Below are positions 7,057-13,418 of a stretch of DNA of 13,418 nucleotides, piece by piece. The DNA comes from Candidatus Hydrothermarchaeales archaeon (GTDB lineage Archaea > Hydrothermarchaeota > Hydrothermarchaeia > Hydrothermarchaeales > JAZGAD01), in contig JAZGAD010000021.1 in the NCBI GenBank assembly GCA_036444275.1, positions 1 through 13,418 on the forward strand, given 5' to 3'. Numbering within the stretch: the stretch's first letter is position 1; every line of letters begins with the position of its first letter. Made by a program: the position numbers and the translations under genes. Under the pieces are notes generated by a model, which worked only from the letters and a program-made list of their open reading frames with translations, made no database searches and was not told where the DNA came from.

Positions 7057-7947
7057 CTACCTCGATAACTCCAGCATTCTCTCCAAAGATAAACGGGCTC
7101 TCTTTGCCAACATTGGGTCTAATTCTACAATATTCTTACGCTTCTTAAGGGCGGAGACAAATTTCTCCCAAGTATTCATCTTTTGAGTAGTGCAGTCAGC
7201 AGACTTTAAAGCTGGTATGAATGTCTTACCTGGAATCTCCTTTTTAAGCCTATGTAGCAGCCCCACTTCGGTGGCGATAATAAATCTGTCTACGTTGGAG
7301 TGTTTGGCCCGTTTTACCATCTGCTCAGTGCTGCATATCGCATCTCCAAGCATCTGTACCTCGGGCACGCACTCTGGATGTACCAGGACTTCTGCGTCTG
7401 GGTACTGCTCCCTTGCCTTGAGAATATGCTCTGGTTTGAACATCACGTGGACCCTGCAGTAACCTTCAGCGGGAACAGGGATTATACGCTTCTCTGGGCA
7501 GCTCCTCGCCACGTGCCATGCCAGGTTCTTGTCAGGTCCGAATAATATCTTTTTTTCATCTATTGCTTTGACGATCTCAACCGCATTAGCAGATGTGCAG
7601 GTAACATCTGCTTCGGCCCTTGCCTCGACCCAGGTGTTGACGTAGAGCACTACGGCCGCATCTGGATGCTCCTCTTTGGCCTCCCTAAGCTTCTGGGCGG
7701 GGAGCATAGCTGCCATGGGGCACTTGGCCTTGAGTTCAGGCACTACTACAGTCTTCTCTGGGTTGAGCATGACGGCGCTCTCAGCCATAAAATCTACCCC
7801 GCAGAAAAGGATGTAGGGCTTGTCTATCCTCTGGGCTGCTTGACACAGCCCTAGGGAATCCCCAACGAAATCCGCTACATCCTGGATTTCTGGGATTTGG
7901 TAGTTGTGAGCTAGGATCACACAGTCCTTGCGGTACTCTTCAAACAT
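7057..7947 (-). CDS. nadA: Quinolinate synthase
   Basis: ILAHNYQ, GDS, FCGVDFMAES, CPMA, YVN, CTSANA, FGPDKNL, CRVH, HPEC, ST and ATE motifs, with three 4Fe-4S Cys candidates. Confidence 0.97.
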   Translation of the reverse strand: MFEEYRKDCVILAHNYQIPEIQDVADFVGDSLGLCQAAQRIDKPYILFCGVDFMAESAVMLNPEKTVVVPELKAKCPMAAMLPAQKLREAKEEHPDAAVVLYVNTWVEARAEADVTCTSANAVEIVKAIDEKKILFGPDKNLAWHVARSCPEKRIIPVPAEGYCRVHVMFKPEHILKAREQYPDAEVLVHPECVPEVQMLGDAICSTEQMVKRAKHSNVDRFIIATEVGLLHRLKKEIPGKTFIPALKSADCTTQKMNTWEKFVSALKKRKNIVELDPMLAKRARLSLERMLELSR

Positions 7948-8003
7948 GGAAACACCTAGAGTTTGGTTCTTATTAACATTACCTAACCCTTTTATTCCTG
8001 GAT

Positions 8004-8780
8004 CTAGTTCCCAACTTCTATGGGCGATGCAATCCTCTTGAGAGCTGCAACAGCAGAGAGTGCCGCTAGATAACTGGTCTTGGGATTTCGGAGTGACGGA
8101 ACATTCTCAACTGTTATTTGGTACTCCCCGAACTCGCCCCTTACCTTGATTTCGTGTGTGTTTCTATCGACAGCGGGATCTGCGACTATAGTCACCTTGG
8201 TCTTATCAAATCCAAGTCCTGCCAGGCTTAGGGCAGCTGATACATTGATGTTTACCGGGAATCGTTTTATAGCTTCCCGAGAGTTCCCTTCGTACAATAC
8301 TCTCTTCTCACTTGCTTCTTCTCCCAAGCTACGAGGGGGTTTGGTGGTGGTTAAGCTCACTTCGTATATATCAGCTATAGAGGCAGATTTCAGGGCATCT
8401 AGACCGCCTATTGCTCCTGAAGGAATGTAAACCTTTACTGCCTTCTCTCTAGCAATTTTCTTAATCTCTTTCAAGAGGTCATCAGCAACGAGAGCGCCTA
8501 CGCTTAGTACCATAAGGTTCTTACCAGCCCCAAGAATTTTTAATGCATGCTGTTTCACCGCTTGCTGGGACGCAGCTTCGACAACGAGATCAACATCTGA
8601 GGTCAAGATCTTTTCTAGCTCCTTAGCTACTTCCGTACCTTCTGAGCGTCTTGCTGTCTCCTCAGCTCTCTTCTCGTTCAAGTCGTAGACCAGCTCCAAA
8701 GAAGCCTCCACATCCCCCCTTATTATAGCATCTGCAATGACGCTGCCTATTGCTCCGCATCCTATAAGGGCGATTCTCAT
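8004..8780 (-). CDS. nadX: L-aspartate dehydrogenase
   Basis: Rossmann GCGAIG, VEAAS, SVGAL, PSGAIGGLD, FPVNINVSA, NTHEI and NPKTSYLAALS; adjacent to nadA. Confidence 0.96.
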   Translation of the reverse strand: MRIALIGCGAIGSVIADAIIRGDVEASLELVYDLNEKRAEETARRSEGTEVAKELEKILTSDVDLVVEAASQQAVKQHALKILGAGKNLMVLSVGALVADDLLKEIKKIAREKAVKVYIPSGAIGGLDALKSASIADIYEVSLTTTKPPRSLGEEASEKRVLYEGNSREAIKRFPVNINVSAALSLAGLGFDKTKVTIVADPAVDRNTHEIKVRGEFGEYQITVENVPSLRNPKTSYLAALSAVAALKRIASPIEVGN

Positions 8781-8794
8781 GTCTGTACTTTAGC

Positions 8795-8808
8795 AAATAT
8801 TAATATTT
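8795..8808. promoter_or_regulatory. Perfect 14-bp palindrome in the 49-bp nadX/pncB divergent intergenic region
   Basis: AAATATTAATATTT equals its own reverse complement. It may be overlapping TATA boxes and/or an operator. Confidence 0.55.
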
Positions 8809-8829
8809 AAGTTTAGACCATATTAGGGC

Positions 8830-9987
8830 ATGTTTCATATCTCTACACCTGAGGAAATCAAGAAGGGTCGGACCACAGATATCTATTTCTTTAGGGCGAA
8901 AGAGGTGCTTAATGCTAAGGGCATAAAGAAAAATGTGACAGCTGAAGTCACATGTACTTCTCTGCCTTCTGGCTATAAGTGGGGCGTGTTAGCCGGCGTA
9001 GAGGAAATGGCCGAGCTCTTCCAAGGCTACGATGTAGACGTATTCTCCCTTCCAGAGGGGAGTATCTTCTACCCCCGGGAGCCTGTGGTGCGGGTAGACG
9101 GAAATTATGCAGAGTTCTCAGAGCTAGAAACGCCTATGCTGGGCCTCATATGCCAAGCCTCGGGGATAGCTACCAAGGCAGCAAGAATGAAGAAGCTGGC
9201 TGGAGATAAGACACTGCTAAGCTTCGGGATAAGAAGAATGCACCCTGCTATAGCGCCTATGATAGACAGGGCGGCTTACATAGCTGGTGCTGACGGCTTC
9301 TCTGGAGTTGCAGCCGAGAAGTTTCTAGGGGAGAGAGCGACTGGAACAATGCCCCATTCCTTGATAATCACTGTCGGCGACCAGGTTGAAGCCTGGCGAT
9401 ACTTCGATGAAGTGATGCCGAAGGAGGTGCCCAAGATCGCCCTGGTAGACACATACTACGACGAGAAGATAGAGTCGATAATGGCCGCAGATGCATTGAA
9501 GGACCTTTATGGGGTTAGGCTAGATACCCCGAGCTCAAGGCGAGGTGACATGAAGAGCATAGTGGATGAGGTCAGGTGGGAGCTGGATATAAGGGGATAC
9601 AAAAAAGTGAAGATCTTTGTATCTGGAGGCATAGACGAGGACAACATTAGGGAGCTGAGCAATGCTGATGGCTTCGGGGTGGGCACCTCTATAAGTGCTG
9701 CTAAGACTATTGATTTTGCCATGGACATAGTGGAGATGGAAGGAAAACCGGTAGCAAAGAGGGGGAAGCTGGGTGGAAAGAAGGAGGTTTATCGCTGTCC
9801 ACAATGCCTTAAGGGAAAGCTTATACCAGTGTCTGAAAGTAAAAGAAGTATCATCTGCGAGTGCGGAGCCCAAATGAAAGGCATGCTTAAACCTCTCATC
9901 CAGCGGGGTAAGATCGTTGCGGAGCTTCCCAAGGTGAAGGAGATCAGGTCCTATGTCATTGGGCAGATGCAGAAAGTGGATATCTAA
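8830..9987 (+). CDS. pncB: Nicotinate phosphoribosyltransferase (archaeal type, C-terminal Cys4 zinc knuckle)
   Basis: TTDIYF, SFGIRRMHP, GTMPHS, LVDTY, VRLDTPSSRRG, FVSGG, GFGVGT and AKRGK motifs; CPQC...CECG near the C-terminus. Confidence 0.95.
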   Translation: MFHISTPEEIKKGRTTDIYFFRAKEVLNAKGIKKNVTAEVTCTSLPSGYKWGVLAGVEEMAELFQGYDVDVFSLPEGSIFYPREPVVRVDGNYAEFSELETPMLGLICQASGIATKAARMKKLAGDKTLLSFGIRRMHPAIAPMIDRAAYIAGADGFSGVAAEKFLGERATGTMPHSLIITVGDQVEAWRYFDEVMPKEVPKIALVDTYYDEKIESIMAADALKDLYGVRLDTPSSRRGDMKSIVDEVRWELDIRGYKKVKIFVSGGIDEDNIRELSNADGFGVGTSISAAKTIDFAMDIVEMEGKPVAKRGKLGGKKEVYRCPQCLKGKLIPVSESKRSIICECGAQMKGMLKPLIQRGKIVAELPKVKEIRSYVIGQMQKVDI

Positions 9988-10031
9988 TAGGAAAAACATA
10001 ATGCGAGAGTTAATAGGTGGTATGAGCTGAG

Positions 10032-10274
10032 ATGGATTTCTCCACGATAGGCTTCTTAAGGGCAGATAGATACCGGCTGAGGATACTGGAAGCTACTAAG
10101 TCCAAAGTTGCAAAGAAACAGATCTCTGGGAGATTGCGTATTCCACAGGCATTGGTCGATAAGACGCTGAAAGAGCTCCAGGGGAGGGACCTGGTAAAGG
10201 AAGACGAGGACAGCTTCCTCATCACCGATAAGGGCATGAAGGTTCTAGCACAGATATCTAGGCAGCACGCTTAA
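10032..10274 (+). CDS. Small winged helix-turn-helix protein, putative transcriptional regulator
   Basis: 80 aa with the pattern YRLRILE...KQISGRLRIPQALVDKTLKELQGRDLV...FLITDKGMKVL, typical of archaeal ArsR/MarR-like wHTH proteins. Confidence 0.8.
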   Translation: MDFSTIGFLRADRYRLRILEATKSKVAKKQISGRLRIPQALVDKTLKELQGRDLVKEDEDSFLITDKGMKVLAQISRQHA

Positions 10275-10293
10275 TACTATTTTTGACAAGCAG

Positions 10294-10809
10294 TTACCTA
10301 ATCTCTGCTTCTATCAATACATCCTGCATATGCATCAAAGCACATTCGTGGCGCTCTTCATTCACCGAGGCTACGCAGTCCTTTAATACGACAACCTTGT
10401 AGTTGCGCATTGCTGCATCGGTCGCAGTATGAAGTACGCAGATATCGGTGAGCACGCCAGTTAATACGAGTGTATCCACACTTCTATCTTTCAAAATTTC
10501 CTCAAGATCAGTGTTATAGAAGGCAGAGTAGCGCTTCTTCTTAACCACTACATCCTCCTCTCGTTTGTCCAGCTCTTCAATGATCTCTGCTCCTTTGGTG
10601 CCTGTTACAGCATGCTTAGGCCATGCCTTGAATTCACGGTCGTCCTCATCATGGGAGTCGCATACAAAGATCACTGGCTCTCTATTCTCCCTGAATTCCT
10701 GTAGCACTTTGTTGATGGGCTCGATCAGCTTTTTAGCGTCAGGCACAGGAAGACTGCCGTCCTCCTCCACGAAATCCTTCAACATGTCTATTACAAGAAG
10801 GGCCCTCAT
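10294..10809 (-). CDS. pncA: Nicotinamidase (isochorismatase-like cysteine hydrolase)
   Basis: LLVIDM..DF, metal ligands DSH and WPKH, catalytic Lys in KKRYSAF and Cys in GVLTDICV. Specificity is inferred from the NAD gene context. Confidence 0.88.
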   Translation of the reverse strand: MRALLVIDMLKDFVEEDGSLPVPDAKKLIEPINKVLQEFRENREPVIFVCDSHDEDDREFKAWPKHAVTGTKGAEIIEELDKREEDVVVKKKRYSAFYNTDLEEILKDRSVDTLVLTGVLTDICVLHTATDAAMRNYKVVVLKDCVASVNEERHECALMHMQDVLIEAEIR

Positions 10810-10864
10810 CGCTCAATTGTTGAAGAAATAACATTATAAATTAGATTGGATAAACTTTAAAGGG

Positions 10865-11683
10865 ATGATCTCCAAGTTGCTTGAATTCCTAGAGGAAGAT
10901 TTGGGTAAAGGTGACATTACCACTTCCAGTGTTATACCTACGGACAAGGTAGTGGAAGCCGAGGTCGTTGCAAAGGAAAGTGGGATATTGGCTGGGCTGG
11001 AGGAAGTAGAGCTCCTACTAGAGCATTTCCAGCTTGAATGGACCCCTCAATCTAGGGATGGGGACGATATTTTAGAGGGCGATGTTATACTCAGGATCAA
11101 GGGGCGTGCCGCCAAAATCCTTACTATGGAAAGACTAATGCTCAACCTTTTGATGAGGATGAGCGGCATAGCCACTGCCACCAGAGAGCTTGTTAAAAGA
11201 TGCGAGGGGTATGGTGTAGATGTAGCTGGCACTAGGAAGACAACGCCCGGCTTAAGAATCCTGGAAAAAAAGGCTATAGTCATAGGAGGGGGCAAACCTC
11301 ACAGGATGCGTCTCGACGAGGCTGTGCTTATCAAGGACAACCATCTGGCGGTAGTAGGTATAGAAGAAGCGATTAAGCGTGCTAAGAAGAAACATCCAAG
11401 AGGTAAAATCGAGGTAGAAGTATCCTCTCTGGAGCAGGCGGTGAAGGCATGCAAACTAGGTGTTGGGATAATAATGCTGGATAACCTGGAGGTCGACGAG
11501 TCTGGAAGAATCTTTCGAGAATTAGAGGATAGCGGCCTGAGAAAGCAAGTCGAGATAGAACTCTCTGGAGGTATCACCCTCGAAAACGTGGAGGAATATG
11601 CTAAATTGAGGCCTGACGTGATCTCCACAGGCTACCCAACGACAAAGGCAAAGTGGCTGGACATGAGCCTTAGAATCACGTAG
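10865..11683 (+). CDS. nadC: Nicotinate-nucleotide pyrophosphorylase (quinolinate phosphoribosyltransferase)
   Basis: EDLGKGDITT, ERLMLN, SGIATAT, TRKTTPG, HR, LIKDNH, EVEV, IMLDN, SGGIT and DVIS motifs. Confidence 0.97.
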   Translation: MISKLLEFLEEDLGKGDITTSSVIPTDKVVEAEVVAKESGILAGLEEVELLLEHFQLEWTPQSRDGDDILEGDVILRIKGRAAKILTMERLMLNLLMRMSGIATATRELVKRCEGYGVDVAGTRKTTPGLRILEKKAIVIGGGKPHRMRLDEAVLIKDNHLAVVGIEEAIKRAKKKHPRGKIEVEVSSLEQAVKACKLGVGIIMLDNLEVDESGRIFRELEDSGLRKQVEIELSGGITLENVEEYAKLRPDVISTGYPTTKAKWLDMSLRIT

Positions 11684-11759
11684 GAAACTCTTGAGCTTCT
11701 GCACCCTCTCTCTTGCAACTCCCTCCACCGCAAATGCTTTTAATGACGCGCCGATTTTT

Positions 11760-12167
11760 TCAGTCGGTTTTTCTCACCACCCCTTTCGCTCCATCGAAAT
11801 CGGTATCATGAGAATATATCTCTCTGATTTTGTACTTCTCCATGACAGTTATTGACACTACATCTGTAAGACTTAGTTTGCCCCCATACTGCGGATACTT
11901 TTCCAGGGCGTCATGCAACAGAAATTCGTCTATGAATATCACCTCCACCTTTGGCGAATTTAAAATATCGGATGCCACTTTTTTTGCCTGTTCAGCAGAT
12001 ACTTGTGCTCTTCTCCCGAGGATGGTTACGGTTTCGCCTATAACATGGTCCGTTGTAATTGCGAGTGGGCCTGCAGGCAATTTTTCTATGGTCCTCTTCG
12101 CGCTGCGATGCCACTTGTCACTCCTGTCCGCGGCTCCAATCCAAACAGTGGAATCTATGAAAATCAA
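11760..12167 (-). CDS. vapC: PIN-domain VapC-family toxin, about 135 aa
   Basis: IFIDSTVWI, GETVT, LSLTD and IYSHDTDFD carry the acidic PIN residues. The likely TTG start at 12167 overlaps the antitoxin TGA (TTGA). Confidence 0.9.
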   Translation of the reverse strand: MIFIDSTVWIGAADRSDKWHRSAKRTIEKLPAGPLAITTDHVIGETVTILGRRAQVSAEQAKKVASDILNSPKVEVIFIDEFLLHDALEKYPQYGGKLSLTDVVSITVMEKYKIREIYSHDTDFDGAKGVVRKTD

Positions 12168-12418
12168 AGTACTCCGTGCTCCAGCTTTTTTAAATCTTCG
12201 ACAGCATCGGCTTTCCCTCTCGATTTGCACGAGCCTATAATCCTTAAAATTGGGTCTTTCTTGGGAGTCATAGTTAAAAATTTATGATGTTTCAAGTACA
12301 GCCTCAGAGCCTCCTCACCCTCTACGCTCAATTCGAGTTTTCCGTGTTTTGCCAGCACGCTCTCTTTAAATTTTCTCGCCAGCGCATCGTCTATATTGAG
12401 TTTCAATTGAACAGTCAT
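12164..12418 (-). CDS. Putative antitoxin, ribbon-helix-helix (CopG-like) type
   Basis: 84 aa. An N-terminal alternating beta strand (VQLKLNIDD) is followed by two helices and a C-terminal DPILRIIG..DAVEDL segment. It overlaps the start of the PIN gene. Confidence 0.8.
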   Translation of the reverse strand: MTVQLKLNIDDALARKFKESVLAKHGKLELSVEGEEALRLYLKHHKFLTMTPKKDPILRIIGSCKSRGKADAVEDLKKLEHGVL

Positions 12419-12452
12419 AAGTACCTATAGTACTTTGGTACTTAAGTACTTT
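12419..12452. promoter_or_regulatory. Array of four GTAC-core repeats, probable TA autoregulatory operator
   Basis: AAGTACCT, TAGTACTT, TGGTACTT and AAGTACTT, with GTAC at 12421, 12430, 12438 and 12446, directly upstream of the antitoxin ATG. Confidence 0.7.
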
Positions 12453-12488
12453 CGGTGCACGAAAAAGTATCTTATCGCAGAATATATT

Positions 12489-13418
12489 CTAGTTTAGTCT
12501 CTTCCCCATATAGGGTCCTATTCGTTCATAATTGAATTTGCGGTAATAATCTCGTGTTCCAATAGCACTCGTAATGAGAATTTTTTCCATAGATTGTTCC
12601 ATTGACAGTTCTTCAGCCTCTTTTAAGAGCAATTCGCCGAAGCCCTCGTGCTGCCCAGTTTCTGCACTCCGTTCTCCCAGGCGCAAAGCTTGACCAAGGA
12701 CCTTTAATTCTCTCACCAAAGCAGTCTCTGTTGATATCTCCTTCCTATGGGCGCTGTTAGAAGGGAGCCTCAGCCGGATGTATCCAACCAAGGCGTCGTT
12801 TTCAACATCCTCTGCTGATATAAAATATTCAACGCCATCTGAGGCCTCATATTCAGCCTTCAGAATCTCCACCTTTCCAACATCTATGCCTTCTCTATAT
12901 GTTAGGTGTCCTGCATCCCTGCACCTAATACACCTACATCTCACCCCTTCTTCCCTCAGTCTTCTATACACTAGGTCACCAAGGTCGCCCTTCTTCACGC
13001 CTGCAGCTATAAGTTGAGCTGGTATGTCACGCTGAATCCTCATGGTACGCACCCACTTAGGCATGATCTTCTTTACCTTGCATATCACCTTGAGGGCTTC
13101 CTCCACTGAATAAGGCTCGAATTCACCCCTATTCCACATGTCATAGAGCCCTGTTCCCTCCATCACTAGAGTGGGATATATCTTCAAGGAGTCGGGTCTA
13201 AACCGCGGGTCCTCAAATACCTTGCGGAACATCTCTAGGTCCGCTTCGATATCAGAGAATAAACCAGGCATAAGGTGATAGCCTACTTTGAGCCCTGCAT
13301 CTTTCAATGTCTTCGTAGATCTTACAACATCATCAACAGTGTGCCCTCTGTTTACCTTGTCATAGACGGCATCGCTGAGGCTTTGGACACCGAGTTCAAC
13401 CCTTGTAACACCTAATTC
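12489..13418 (-). CDS. elp3: Elp3 tRNA uridine(34) acetyltransferase (radical SAM + KAT), 5' end outside the window
   Basis: The frame is open to the window edge (ELGVTRVELGVQS...NRGHT), then HLMPGL, LKIYPTLV, RIQRDIP, CRCIRCR, QHEGFG and RDYYRK. Confidence 0.95.
   Translation of the reverse strand, partial: ELGVTRVELGVQSLSDAVYDKVNRGHTVDDVVRSTKTLKDAGLKVGYHLMPGLFSDIEADLEMFRKVFEDPRFRPDSLKIYPTLVMEGTGLYDMWNRGEFEPYSVEEALKVICKVKKIMPKWVRTMRIQRDIPAQLIAAGVKKGDLGDLVYRRLREEGVRCRCIRCRDAGHLTYREGIDVGKVEILKAEYEASDGVEYFISAEDVENDALVGYIRLRLPSNSAHRKEISTETALVRELKVLGQALRLGERSAETGQHEGFGELLLKEAEELSMEQSMEKILITSAIGTRDYYRKFNYERIGPYMGKRLN

Noticed and set aside
9790-9870. Cys4 zinc-knuckle at the PncB C-terminus as a novel fusion
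   Set aside because: This is a known feature of archaeal-type nicotinate phosphoribosyltransferases.
7948-10864. Shared AACAT(T/A)A or AAATA...TTAGA words among NAD intergenic regions as a common operator
   Set aside because: The matches are short and AT-rich and cannot be distinguished from BRE/TATA core elements by eye.
12168-12230. N-terminal extension of VapC (MQIERESRCC...)
   Set aside because: It overlaps the antitoxin gene. PIN domains begin just before the xxxD strand, which fits the TTG at 12167.
11684-12488. TA pair as a mobile element or an NAD-targeting defence system linked to the nad cluster
   Set aside because: No transposase, terminal repeats or target-site duplication was seen. 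The toxin is a PIN RNase, not an NADase, and solitary vapBC loci are common in archaea.
405-13017. Numerous 60-154 aa antisense or alternate-frame ORFs in the ORF track (e.g. 698-976, 3814-4149, 8080-8430, 9535-9999, 11830-12240)
   Set aside because: They lie within well-supported genes, have the Ser/Pro/Phe-rich composition of shadow frames and show no motifs.

Overview
Archaeal (probably euryarchaeal-type) chromosomal housekeeping region. The assignment rests on NadX, archaeal Elp3, GGAGGTGA-type RBSs, TATA-like divergent promoters and a PIN-type VapBC. From left to right: (1) an intact MrpD/NuoL-M-N-family antiporter-like subunit, apparently flanked by remnants of its former operon neighbours; (2) a Tat locus with two TatA/B-family genes, two divergent TatC paralogues and an unannotated 52-aa ORF; (3) a probable medium/long-chain trans-prenyl diphosphate synthase coupled to the second tatC and divergent from aroC; (4) two orphan small membrane proteins; (5) a compact NAD cluster (nadA, nadX, pncB, small wHTH gene, pncA, nadC) covering de novo and salvage routes to NaMN; (6) an RHH-antitoxin/PIN-toxin pair with a GTAC repeat array; (7) the 3' part of elp3. 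No rRNA, tRNA, CRISPR array or transposase was recognised. The best leads are the apparently complementary, split-function TatC pair and the criss-cross NAD divergons around a candidate regulator. All family calls come from reading motifs by eye, with no database search.
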